In this document: positions 9,574 through 18,656 of the stretch, in pieces | Layout of the letters: every line of letters starts with the position of its first letter | Position numbering within the stretch: position 1 is the first letter of the stretch | Origin: an uncultured Selenomonadaceae bacterium | GTDB lineage: Bacteria; Bacillota; Negativicutes; Selenomonadales; Selenomonadaceae | Reading direction: 5' to 3' | Length of the DNA: 64,000 nucleotides | Assembly (NCBI GenBank): GCA_905234365.1 | Contig: CAJOHI010000007.1 | Coordinates: 11,343 to 75,342, forward strand | Notes under the pieces: model-generated | Databases searched by the model: none | What the model saw: only the letters and a program-made list of their open reading frames with translations | Told to the model about the DNA's origin: nothing | Translations under genes and position numbers: made by a program

Positions 9574-12156
9574 TTATATTGCTCCAATTTCCTTTTTTGC
9601 CTGATCTTGCAATTTATATAACAAATTCAATGCTTCAATCGGCGTTAAGGTGTTTAAATCTATATTTGTAATTTGTTCCGCTAATTGTGACGAAAACAGC
9701 GTTGGCAATTGTACATTTTCACTAGCAGTTATCGGCTTATTTTTTTTTGCCGCCATTTTAACGCCTTTGCTTTTAGCCTCAAGTTCATTTAAAATTGTCT
9801 CAGCACGCTGCGTAATAGTTTTCGGAAGGCCGGCAAGTTTGGCAACTTGTATTCCATAAGATTTATCAGCACCGCCAGGCTTAATTCGACGCAAAAATAC
9901 AACGTCGTTGTCATTTTCCTTGACGGCAACACAAAAATTTTTAATCTTGCCGGATTTGTCACTGTCTGCCAAGTCAGTTAATTCATGATAATGAGTTGCA
10001 AATAAAGTTTTCGCATGCAATTTCTTTTCGATATATTCAATAACGGCTTTTGCAATGCTCATTCCGTCAAAAGTCGAAGTGCCGCGTCCAACTTCGTCAA
10101 GAATGATTAAACTGTTTTTGGTCGAATATTTTAAAATCTGTGCAACTTCATTCATCTCAACCATAAAAGTTGATTGACCGCTGACTAAATCATCACTAGC
10201 ACCTACACGGGTAAAAATTCTGTCAACTGGAGTAATGGACGCTTCACGAGCCGGAACAAATGAACCAGCTTGAGCCATTAACGTCAACATTGCAACTTGC
10301 CTCATGTAAGTTGATTTACCAGCCATATTAGGACCTGTGATAATCATAATTTCACAAGTTTTATGATTTAAATTCGTGTCGTTTGGCACAAATAAATTAT
10401 TCGTTAAAATGCGCTCAACAAGTGGATGGCGACCGTCTTTAATTTCAATGGCGCCATTAGTTCTGATTTCCGGTCTGACGTAATTATAATTTGCTGCCGC
10501 TTCCGCAAGACTCGCTGTCACATCAATTAAAGCAATTCTTCTTGCCGTATCTTGAATCTGTTCTAAATGCTGCTTAATACGATTGCGAACCTCAACAAAA
10601 AGATTATATTCAATCGCAATAATTTTTTCTTGTGCTCCAAGAATCTTAGTCTCAAAATTTTTCAGTTCTTCGGTTATGTATCTTTCGGCACCGGTTAAAG
10701 TCTGCTTGCGAATATAATGCGACGGAACTTTGTCAGCACCACTGTTTCTGACTTCAATGTAATAGCCAAAAAACTTACTGTAACCAACTTTAAGCGAACG
10801 AATACCGGTTTGATTGCGTTCTTTATTTTCGATTTCCTGAAGCATTGATTTACTGTCCATTGAAATGCGGCGGTAGTCGTCAAGTTCAGCATTGTAGCCA
10901 GGTTTTATTATTCCGCCGTCACGAATTGTGTTGCTCGGATTTTCAATAATTGCATCTTCAATCAAATTTATAATTTCATCGTAATTGCCTAAATTTCGAC
11001 AGGCAAGCAATACATCTGATTTAACTTCCTGCATAATGTTTTGAATGTCCGGCAGAGTTTTTAGCGACAATTTGAGTGCAATTAAATCAATGGCGTTTGC
11101 CGTACCGATTTCAATTTTCATCATCAACCGCTCAAAGTCGTGAACACTTTTCAGCGATTCAGAAATACTTTTACGCAGTGAAAAATTTTTAACAAATTCC
11201 TCAACCGCATCAAGTCGCCGTTCAATAGCCATAACGTCAATAAGCGGAGCTTCAAGCCAGCGCCTCAGCATTCTTGTTCCCATTGCCGTTCGCGTAAAAT
11301 CTAAAATTCCAAATAACGTATCCTTTTTACTGCCATCTTTAATGCTTCTAGTAATTTCGAGACTTTTCAGCGCCGTAGGATCTAAAATTAAACGATCAGA
11401 AATTTCTAGTCGTGTTAATTTTGAAATGTGCTTCAAATCAGTCATTACCGTTTGATGTAAATAAGTCAACATTATCGCAACCGCTTTTGCGGCAAATTCA
11501 GAGACCGGCAATTCTGATTCGTTAAAATGCTTTGTTAAAATGTCAGTTATATTTTCGCCAACATCTTCAAATTTCGTGACAGTACAATTATTGAGTTTTA
11601 ATGCAATGAATTTTTCCATTGACTTTTGAAACGGAAGACGACCTACAATCACAATTTCCGCTGCCATAAGTCTGTAAAGCTCATCAAAGATTATTTGCTC
11701 TCTGTCATCGCCGTCATAAAGTCCGTAAAAAAATTCACCGGTTGAAATATCAGAACCGACTAGAACAGCTTCAAAATCGTCAGCCATAACTAAGGCTATA
11801 TAATTATTGCTGACGTTTGAAATCGTGTCTTCAGTTAAAATCGTACCCGGTGTAACTACTTTTGTAACTTTCCGCTCAGTTAAGCCTTTTGCCTTTGGAT
11901 CTCCAATTTGATCCACTATTGCGACTTTATAACCTTTTTTAATGAGCTTTTGAACGTAGCCTTCAACGGCATGATGAGGCACTCCGCACATTGGCTCATT
12001 TTGACGATGAGTTAAAGTTAAACCTAATTCACGAGAACCAACAACGGCATCATCACCAAACATTTCGTAAAAGTCACCGAGTCGAAAAAATAAAAACGCA
12101 TCTTTAATAATTTTTTTAGCATCTAAATATTGCTGCATCATTGGCGTTACTGCCAT
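9574..12156 (-). CDS. mutS: DNA mismatch repair protein MutS
   Basis: 860 aa. N-terminus TPMMQQYLDAKK...FYEMFGDDA, Walker A GPNMAGKST, and STFMVEM / DEVGRGTSTFDG. Confidence 0.97.
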   Translation of the reverse strand: MAVTPMMQQYLDAKKIIKDAFLFFRLGDFYEMFGDDAVVGSRELGLTLTHRQNEPMCGVPHHAVEGYVQKLIKKGYKVAIVDQIGDPKAKGLTERKVTKVVTPGTILTEDTISNVSNNYIALVMADDFEAVLVGSDISTGEFFYGLYDGDDREQIIFDELYRLMAAEIVIVGRLPFQKSMEKFIALKLNNCTVTKFEDVGENITDILTKHFNESELPVSEFAAKAVAIMLTYLHQTVMTDLKHISKLTRLEISDRLILDPTALKSLEITRSIKDGSKKDTLFGILDFTRTAMGTRMLRRWLEAPLIDVMAIERRLDAVEEFVKNFSLRKSISESLKSVHDFERLMMKIEIGTANAIDLIALKLSLKTLPDIQNIMQEVKSDVLLACRNLGNYDEIINLIEDAIIENPSNTIRDGGIIKPGYNAELDDYRRISMDSKSMLQEIENKERNQTGIRSLKVGYSKFFGYYIEVRNSGADKVPSHYIRKQTLTGAERYITEELKNFETKILGAQEKIIAIEYNLFVEVRNRIKQHLEQIQDTARRIALIDVTASLAEAAANYNYVRPEIRTNGAIEIKDGRHPLVERILTNNLFVPNDTNLNHKTCEIMIITGPNMAGKSTYMRQVAMLTLMAQAGSFVPAREASITPVDRIFTRVGASDDLVSGQSTFMVEMNEVAQILKYSTKNSLIILDEVGRGTSTFDGMSIAKAVIEYIEKKLHAKTLFATHYHELTDLADSDKSGKIKNFCVAVKENDNDVVFLRRIKPGGADKSYGIQVAKLAGLPKTITQRAETILNELEAKSKGVKMAAKKNKPITASENVQLPTLFSSQLAEQITNIDLNTLTPIEALNLLYKLQDQAKKEIGAI

Positions 12157-12209
12157 TTACTCACTCTTTTCAGTAGAATTAAATGTGATTAATTCTGTAT
12201 TTATATTAC

Positions 12210-12238
12210 TTGCATTTATCCGCATTAGCGGTTAAAAT
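12210..12238 (+). promoter_or_regulatory. sigma-70-like promoter of the YgbA-like gene
   Basis: TTGCAT - 17 nt - TAAAAT, ~40 nt upstream of AAGGAG and ATG 12277. Confidence 0.35.
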
Positions 12239-12276
12239 ATAGTAATTCAATTATAAAATTTTTTAAGGAGAATATC

Positions 12277-12789
12277 ATGGGATTATTAGATAAAATTAAA
12301 AGTTTTCTTCCTAAACGCAAAGAACCTGAAATTAAAAATAATGTGCCGAAAGAAAAAGAAAATATCCGCAAGACTTTCGGCGTTTACTGTCATGGAAATC
12401 ATAATACTGAAGGCGATAAACTTTGTCCAAAATGCACTGCCTTGTTGACAACTGTATTTACAAAAATTGCTCGCTGTCCTTATGGAATTACAAAGCCGAT
12501 TTGTGAAAAATGCGAAACTCCTTGTTTTGGCGAAAAGGCAACAAATGAGTTTAGAAGCATTATGAGTTCTGCTCAACGAAAAATGCTGCTGTCTCACCCA
12601 ATGATGACTATCAAACATAAATTACAAGGTCTTGGTGCCGACTATGCAAAACAGGAACGAGATAAAAAATCAACAGACAAGCAAAAACAGGCTGAAGAAA
12701 AAGCTAAGGCAAAAATCAACAATGCAATGAAGTCGCCAAAATCTTCAAAGTCAAAAACAAAATCCAAAAATAAAAGGAAAAAAAAATAA
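12277..12789 (+). CDS. nitrous-oxide-stimulated-promoter family protein (YgbA-like Cys-rich protein) with a Lys-rich tail
   Basis: The Cys pattern CPKC...CPYGITKPICEKCETPCFGE...RKMLLSHPMMTIKHKL parallels E. coli YgbA as I recall it (C.FGEEKPACKQCPVHCY...PRMLWRHPILTVRHL). The C-terminal ~50 aa are K/S-rich. Confidence 0.65.
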   Translation: MGLLDKIKSFLPKRKEPEIKNNVPKEKENIRKTFGVYCHGNHNTEGDKLCPKCTALLTTVFTKIARCPYGITKPICEKCETPCFGEKATNEFRSIMSSAQRKMLLSHPMMTIKHKLQGLGADYAKQERDKKSTDKQKQAEEKAKAKINNAMKSPKSSKSKTKSKNKRKKK

Positions 12790-12828
12790 TATAAAATTGC
12801 AGCGCCGTTTTTATAACAGGCGTATTTT

Positions 12829-13884
12829 TTATGCAAATTTCCTTAAAATTTTATCAAATTTATCAACATCATCAATATTTGTTGCCCAACTCGTAGCAAA
12901 TCTTACAATAGTATGATTATCGTCGAATTTTTCCCAAAAGCTAAACTCAACTTCAGCGGAAAGGTTTTCTTTGACTTTATTGTTTAAAATTACAAAAATT
13001 TGGTTAGTCGGCGAATCGAATGCCAATTTATAACCGCAATCTTTGAAAATATTGCGAAGTTCATTAGCAGCGACTATTGCAGAATGACCAATTTTAAAAT
13101 ATAAATCATTCGTAAAAAGTTCGTCAAATTGAATACCTAAAAGACGACCTTTTGCAAGTAGAGCGCCGTGTTGCTTCATGATTTTAAAAAAATGCGGAAT
13201 TAAATCAGGATTTGGTATAACGACAGCTTCACCGAGAAAAGCACCACATTTTGTGCCGCCAATATAAAATACGTCGCAAAGTTCGGCAATATCTTTAAGT
13301 GATACATTATTCTTCGGACACGCAAGAGCATAGGCGAGTCTTGCACCATCAAGATACAAAGTCAAATTGTAATTACGGCATACTTTATTAATGGCTTTTA
13401 ATTCTTTAAGAGAATACAAAGTGCCATATTCCGTTGGCTGCGAAATATAAACCATTGCAGGCTCAACCATGTGATCGTGATTGTCGTCCTGTTGAAAATT
13501 TTCAATGTAACTTTTAATTTCAATGGCAGAAATTTTTCCGTAATTGTTAGGTAAATTTAATACTTTGTGTCCGCCAAATTCGATTGCTCCGGCTTCGTGA
13601 ATGCTTATATGTCCAATATCCGTAGCGACAACGCCTTGATATGATTTTAAAATTGAGTCAATGACAACGGCGTTAGTCTGAGTACCGCCATTGAGAAAAT
13701 ATACTGCAGCTTTTGGACAATCGCAGGCTTCACGAATTTTTTTGCGTGCAGATTCCGAAAACTCATCTAAACCATATCCGACAGATTTAACAAAATTAGT
13801 TTCAAGAAGGCGCTTCAAAATTGTAGGATATGCGCCTTCTAAATAATCAGATGTAAATGAAAGTTTTGACTTCAAAAAAATCAA
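12829..13884 (-). CDS. threonine aldolase / beta-eliminating-lyase family PLP enzyme
   Basis: 351 aa. SFTSDY...GGTQTNAVVI...YLDGARLA...GGTKCGA is typical of low-specificity threonine aldolases. The start is more likely TTG 13875, 9 nt after GAGG. Confidence 0.75.
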   Translation of the reverse strand: MIFLKSKLSFTSDYLEGAYPTILKRLLETNFVKSVGYGLDEFSESARKKIREACDCPKAAVYFLNGGTQTNAVVIDSILKSYQGVVATDIGHISIHEAGAIEFGGHKVLNLPNNYGKISAIEIKSYIENFQQDDNHDHMVEPAMVYISQPTEYGTLYSLKELKAINKVCRNYNLTLYLDGARLAYALACPKNNVSLKDIAELCDVFYIGGTKCGAFLGEAVVIPNPDLIPHFFKIMKQHGALLAKGRLLGIQFDELFTNDLYFKIGHSAIVAANELRNIFKDCGYKLAFDSPTNQIFVILNNKVKENLSAEVEFSFWEKFDDNHTIVRFATSWATNIDDVDKFDKILRKFA

Positions 13885-13890
13885 CCTCTA

Positions 13891-14895
13891 TTAATGCTTT
13901 AAATCATTTGGAGTAATTCTCTCTTTGAAAATTTTGTACGTCCATCCTTGATAAACCAACACAATCGGAACCAGGACAAGAGCGGCGCCTGTCATTATTG
14001 CCAATGTATGAGGTGTTGAGGCAGCGTTGTAAATCGTCAATGACCAATCCTGATTCAAATTTGATACCATGAGATTTGGAAACAATCCGGTAAACATGCC
14101 AATCGTAATTCCAACGATACTTAATGTGCTGAATATGAAAGCCGGAATTTGACGACCAAGTTTATAAGAATTAATTGATATCAAAAGGCAGATAGCTCCA
14201 ATGACAAATGGAGTATACCAAATTAAACTCTTTGTAACATTTGTTGAAAATCCGGTTGCCGCAAAGAAAACGATATAAAGAATTAAAGCAATAATGCCAA
14301 ATTGAACGCCTTTACGCTTTAATTCAAGCAGCATACTTTCATCAGAGAGCTTGAGCATTAGAAAAGCTGCGCCATGATACAAAAAGACAGCGGCAAATGC
14401 TAAACCTGCAATAATTGGATAAGGTGTCAGTAAGTCGAAGAAATTGCCTAAATAGTGCATTTTGTCATTGATTGGCAAACCTTGCAATAAATTCGCCATT
14501 GCAACACCCCAAAGAATTGCTGGCAAGAGACTGCCGAAAATTATTGCATAGTCCCAAGTTTTACGCCAATCTGAAGCCGGATATTTAGTCCGCAACTCAA
14601 ATGCAACACCACGAAGGATTAACGCTAAAAGCATAAGGAATAAGGCAAGGTAAAATGTACTAAACATCGTCGCATAGACATGTGGAAATGCCGCGAACAT
14701 TGCGCCGCCTGCCGTTATCATCCAAACTTCATTGCCGTCCCAAATAGGTCCTATTGCACGAATCAGCATTGAACGTTCATAGTCATTTTTTCCAATGAGT
14801 AACATTCCAACGCCGTAATCAAAACCTTCAAGGATAAAGAAACCGGTAAAAAGCACCACTATTAAAACGAACCAAACGATATTTAATATTTCCAT
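13891..14895 (-). CDS. cydB: cytochrome bd oxidase subunit II
   Basis: Multi-TM protein starting MEILNIVWFVLIVVLFTGFFILEGFDYGVGML (canonical CydB N-terminus). The track ORF extends to 14916. Confidence 0.9.
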   Translation of the reverse strand: MEILNIVWFVLIVVLFTGFFILEGFDYGVGMLLIGKNDYERSMLIRAIGPIWDGNEVWMITAGGAMFAAFPHVYATMFSTFYLALFLMLLALILRGVAFELRTKYPASDWRKTWDYAIIFGSLLPAILWGVAMANLLQGLPINDKMHYLGNFFDLLTPYPIIAGLAFAAVFLYHGAAFLMLKLSDESMLLELKRKGVQFGIIALILYIVFFAATGFSTNVTKSLIWYTPFVIGAICLLISINSYKLGRQIPAFIFSTLSIVGITIGMFTGLFPNLMVSNLNQDWSLTIYNAASTPHTLAIMTGAALVLVPIVLVYQGWTYKIFKERITPNDLKH

Positions 14896-14964
14896 TAGTT
14901 TAATACCACCCTTCATTTAAACTTAGATTTAAATGGCTAATGATGATTTATTTGAGCGGCTATT

Positions 14965-16383
14965 TTAAATTTCTTTTTCGGTAACAGTAGTTTTGCGAAT
15001 ATGATGAATTGCAGCGAAAAGTGCCAAAATTGCAAGCACCAAATAAATTGCTGTAAATCCTATAAGTGTCAACCAAACTTCACCAGTCGATAAATTTGGT
15101 GAAATTGCTTCTGCTGTTCGTTGAAGACCTACGACAATCCAAGGTTGACGACCTGCCTCAACAATGTACCAGCCAACTGAATTTGCAATGAATGGCAGCG
15201 GTACCAAAAATGGCAGCAATTTCAACCAGCAATAAGACAGCGACCAATATTCAAATGACCACATCGGTGTTGGAGCCGCTAAATTTTTAGGAGATTTTCT
15301 TGGTATGACGAAAAATGCAAATATAGCCGTAATAAAAACAATCGTCAACATTAAGCCGCCAATACCGACCATTGCTCTGAAACTCCAAAACATGCCTTTA
15401 ACGTCAGGAATGTAATTGCCGTTGCCATATTTTTCCATAGCTTCACTTTGCAAGTCGTTGATACCTCTAACTTCGCCATGAAAAGAATTATGAACCATGA
15501 AAGAAAACATGTAAGGAATTAAAAATTCGTCGTCATTGCGTCCAAGTTCTTTGTTAATATCAGCATAGACGGCAAAAGGCGCAGGGTCCTCAGTTTCCCA
15601 AAGAGCCTCGAATGATGCTAACTTCATTGGATTTAAATTATTGAGGTGTTGAGCATGAAAATGACCACTTCCCATAACGCCGAAAAGTCCAATCATGCAA
15701 TAGAGGACAGCAACTTTTAAAACTCTTGTGAATGCTTCGCGAGATTCTTCGTCGTGAAGGATTTTCCAAGCACAAACGGCAATGGCAACGAAACCGCCGG
15801 TCGAAATTCCGGCAAAGAGCGCATGAGGATATTCGCCAAAAACATAAGGATTAGTGATTAATGCAAAAAAATCTGTCATGACTGCGCGTCCATTTTCAAC
15901 AGCATAGCCAACAGGATGCTGCATGAATGAATTTGCAACTAGAATCCAAAATGCTGAAAGATTAGAACCGAAAGCGACAAGCCAAATACAAAGGCAATGT
16001 TTCTTTTCGCTTAGTTTATCCCAGCCAAATATCCAAATACCTAAAAAAGTCGATTCAAGGAAAAAGGCAGTCAAAGCCTCAAGAGCAAGAGGTGCTCCAA
16101 AAATATCACCCATAAACCTGGCGTACTCTGACCAGTTCATACCAAAATGAAATTCTTGAACAATACCTGTTACGACACCCATTGCAAAGTTAATCAAAAA
16201 AATTGTGCCGAAAAATTTAACGAGTTTTTTTAGTTTAATTCGTCCTTCATAACTGTCACAGTTGATGTACCAGGTTTCCAAAAGAGCAACAAAAATTGAC
16301 AGTCCGAGCGTCACCGGAACAAATAGAAAGTGATAAATTGTAGTGATTGCAAACTGCCATCTTGAAAGTAAAACAGTATCCAT
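14965..16383 (-). CDS. cydA: cytochrome bd oxidase subunit I
   Basis: The canonical N-terminus MDTVLLSRWQFAITTIYHFLFVPVTLGL begins at 16383. The track ORF extends 16 codons further, to 16431. The Q-loop and GWYIVEAGRQPW motif are present. Confidence 0.93.
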   Translation of the reverse strand: MDTVLLSRWQFAITTIYHFLFVPVTLGLSIFVALLETWYINCDSYEGRIKLKKLVKFFGTIFLINFAMGVVTGIVQEFHFGMNWSEYARFMGDIFGAPLALEALTAFFLESTFLGIWIFGWDKLSEKKHCLCIWLVAFGSNLSAFWILVANSFMQHPVGYAVENGRAVMTDFFALITNPYVFGEYPHALFAGISTGGFVAIAVCAWKILHDEESREAFTRVLKVAVLYCMIGLFGVMGSGHFHAQHLNNLNPMKLASFEALWETEDPAPFAVYADINKELGRNDDEFLIPYMFSFMVHNSFHGEVRGINDLQSEAMEKYGNGNYIPDVKGMFWSFRAMVGIGGLMLTIVFITAIFAFFVIPRKSPKNLAAPTPMWSFEYWSLSYCWLKLLPFLVPLPFIANSVGWYIVEAGRQPWIVVGLQRTAEAISPNLSTGEVWLTLIGFTAIYLVLAILALFAAIHHIRKTTVTEKEI

Positions 16384-16507
16384 AAAAATCACTTCTTTCA
16401 TTATGAAATTATTGTAATAATTATAATTCATAATCGAAATAAATGCAAAGAATTAATTTAACTCATTATGATAGTTGAAAAATAAAATTGTATAACTATT
16501 GTCTTCC

Positions 16508-16530
16508 ACCCGCATAGCGGGTAGTTTTTT
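16508..16530 (+). terminator. orphan plus-strand terminator-like hairpin
   Basis: ACCCGC-ata-GCGGGT followed by AGTTTTTT. No plus-strand gene lies upstream (see the island finding). Confidence 0.35.
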
Positions 16531-16560
16531 GTTTCGCTACGCTCAACAGGCTAAAGCCAT

Positions 16561-16633
16561 AATAAAAAAACTTCAATAAGTATGCTATACTACAAGCGTA
16601 TCAAATTGTAGAGAAAGCATAATCTTATTAAAG
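16561..16633 (-). terminator. long-hairpin rho-independent terminator of the HTH/TIR-like operon
   Basis: On the minus strand, CTTTAATAAGATTATGCT pairs with AGCATACTTATTGAAG. An inner stem CTACAA/TTGTAG is present. The hairpin is followed directly by TTTTTTTATT and lies ~100 nt after the stop at 16730. Confidence 0.5.
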
Positions 16634-16729
16634 TTTCACAATGATTATATCACTTCTATCTATACTTTGGAAGATTTTATCACTTTTATTTTTATTCTGG
16701 TTGACGTTAAGTTCAGGCGAAATGTTAAT

Positions 16730-17584
16730 TTACAATTTATTTAAATCTACATTATAACCGACACTTCTTAATTCTTTGCCTACTTGAGGTTCCCAGCCTT
16801 TTTCATATTGAATATATAATACTCCATTGATGTCGCTCGGCTTCTCAACATCACCTTCTACTAAAGCGCAAACTCTGTTACGACCTAATTTGCCAATCAA
16901 ATAACCGTGTTCAAAAATTACGTTTTGCCTTGCTCTGGGCTTCATATTTTCATAATCGGTATTAATTGTGCCACCTTTATCGCAAGGAGTGTAAAGAATT
17001 ATTCCATATCCAACATCAGTATTGTCTTCAATTTTTTCAATAATTGTTTTTCCTTGATTTGCCTGTTCGTGAAGTATTACAGGTTCCAATCCAAGTTTCC
17101 TTAAAAAATTTGATACGTCCAATTTTATTTTTTCATCATGTCCGTGTACAATGAAGACACGTTTATTATCGACAAAAGAAGTTTTCTTTTCTTGCAGTGA
17201 AGACTTAAAATTTTTCAATTCTTGCCGAACCTCCTTTAAAATTTCATTTGTGATATCGCAAACCAAATCTCTATCGTTTATGATGTCAGAGTTACTATAT
17301 GAAGATGCTATCCAAATTCCAGAAATTAAATTTTCATTATGTCTTTGCTTATTTTTAAAATCTACAAGATGTTTGATAGACTGTTCTGAGGAGACAATTT
17401 TAATGCGAGAGATTTCTGATTTATTCAAACAATAACCGTCAATTAAAAAATCTTCTTCCTTCAAGTAAGGCATTACAATTTCAGATTTAATTTCGTCTTT
17501 CGTTCGGTCTATTAAGGTCATAGAATTAATTCTTTTATTTTTTCCTGTACCTTCCGAAGTTTCAACGAGTACACTGTAGAACAT
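16730..17584 (-). CDS. unknown N-terminal domain fused to a TIR-like nucleotide-binding/NADase domain (Cap12/PycTIR-type, PF10137-like)
   Basis: 284 aa with AGGAGG 8 nt before the ATG. The C-terminal ~145 aa read VFIVHGHDEKIKLDVSNFLRKLGLEPVILHEQANQGKTIIEKIE...GIILYTP...PRARQNVIFEHGYLIGKLGRNRVCALVEGDVEKPSDINGVLY. This matches the TIR-like family pattern as I remember it, including the conserved Glu. I recognise no motif in residues 1-140. Confidence 0.75.
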   Translation of the reverse strand: MFYSVLVETSEGTGKNKRINSMTLIDRTKDEIKSEIVMPYLKEEDFLIDGYCLNKSEISRIKIVSSEQSIKHLVDFKNKQRHNENLISGIWIASSYSNSDIINDRDLVCDITNEILKEVRQELKNFKSSLQEKKTSFVDNKRVFIVHGHDEKIKLDVSNFLRKLGLEPVILHEQANQGKTIIEKIEDNTDVGYGIILYTPCDKGGTINTDYENMKPRARQNVIFEHGYLIGKLGRNRVCALVEGDVEKPSDINGVLYIQYEKGWEPQVGKELRSVGYNVDLNKL

Positions 17585-17620
17585 TTTAAATCCTCCTTAA
17601 ATCAACATTATTAAATCATA

Positions 17621-18421
17621 TCAAAAAGGAATATCAACATCAAAATTTTTGTCATCTTTTAAATCATCACGCATAAAAGCGTCAATAGAATTACGAGAAT
17701 ATGGATTAATTTTAGGACATCTTGAATCAATAACAATATTTATGTATAAAGAATCTACCATTTCAGTTAAATTTGATGAGTTTTCTCGATTGCTACAAAG
17801 GAATTCATTTCCTGTAAGAATGGAATGTAACCAAACCTCTTTTATCTGAAAATTTTTGTCTCCATCATGATAAACCGATTTTATGATATTCATAATGTAA
17901 AGTGTGACACCATTTTTTAGCCTCAGATTGAAACAAGAATCATTAATATAAGTATGGACATTAAAAGTGTTCGATTTAAATACCACTCTTTCTACATAAT
18001 CTGGAAACTCAGTTTCGCCTTCCTCATAGAAACTTTCAAAGCTGAAAAGAGGGTGATTTACATTACCATTCTTGTCTCGCTCCAAATGATTAAGGTCATA
18101 TTTTGTTTCCTTATTCCATTCCAATTTTCCGTCTATAGTATCTGAAGAAAGTTTCTGAAAAAACTTCAACAAGTAATTTTCAGTAGGCGTTAATTTTGAA
18201 AAATCGACTTTTAACAGAGCCTCTAAACTGACATTTAAGATTCTTGCAACATTCATGATAAAATCAATGCCTGGTTTGCTGCTGCCTTCCTTACTTGTTC
18301 TTGAAATATAACCTGCACTTACGCCGGCTTCCGCTTCAAGTTCACCTATCTTTTTTCCACTTTTTTTTACAAGATAATAAATATTGTTAAAAAGAAGGTT
18401 TTGATTGAAATTTTCATTCAT
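17621..18421 (-). CDS. XRE-family HTH protein with a ~190-aa uncharacterised C-terminal domain ending in the SSB-tip-like motif DVDIPF
   Basis: 266 aa with a GAGG RBS. The HTH reads YYLVKKSGKKIGELEAEAGVSAGYISRTSKEG...IDFIMNVARILNVSLEALL. I recognise nothing in the rest. The last residues are DDLKDDKNFDVDIPF-stop. Confidence 0.7.
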   Translation of the reverse strand: MNENFNQNLLFNNIYYLVKKSGKKIGELEAEAGVSAGYISRTSKEGSSKPGIDFIMNVARILNVSLEALLKVDFSKLTPTENYLLKFFQKLSSDTIDGKLEWNKETKYDLNHLERDKNGNVNHPLFSFESFYEEGETEFPDYVERVVFKSNTFNVHTYINDSCFNLRLKNGVTLYIMNIIKSVYHDGDKNFQIKEVWLHSILTGNEFLCSNRENSSNLTEMVDSLYINIVIDSRCPKINPYSRNSIDAFMRDDLKDDKNFDVDIPF

Positions 18422-18656
18422 TAGAATTATCCTCTCATTAAATTTATAATGATGTTATCATAATTTTACTAACATGTCAATATATAAAGTAAAATTTATT
18501 AAAAAGTCACTTATATTATGCTTAATTATGCGTTAGTAATAAAAAATATTCTTGTTTCCAATTTCGTAAATTATATAGGTATTAGCAAAGTTTTGGCGAA
18601 ATTTGAAGGTTAAATCGACAAAACAACATGTATTATCAGATTGAGGAGAAAAATAT

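Noticed and set aside
9740-9748. A T9 run (A9 in the mRNA) inside mutS, a potential mutator switch
   Set aside because: A/T runs of this length are common in this AT-rich sequence (for example 12778-12786). The tract lies ~50 codons from the 3' end, so a slip would remove only the extreme C-terminus. This is weak evidence for a contingency locus.
12220-12231. The inverted repeat CCGC-atta-GCGG in the spacer of the YgbA-like gene promoter, considered as a possible NsrR-type operator (YgbA is NsrR-regulated in enterobacteria)
   Set aside because: The arms are only 4 bp, and resemblance to the NsrR consensus is limited to a TGCATTT fragment. This is insufficient.
16551-16558. The 8-bp direct repeat CTAAAGCC, also at 23251-23258, as possible target-site duplication of the defence islet
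   Set aside because: An 8-mer shared between two junction windows of a few hundred bp is about what chance predicts. No recombinase gene is present. It is mentioned in the island finding only as a weak lead.
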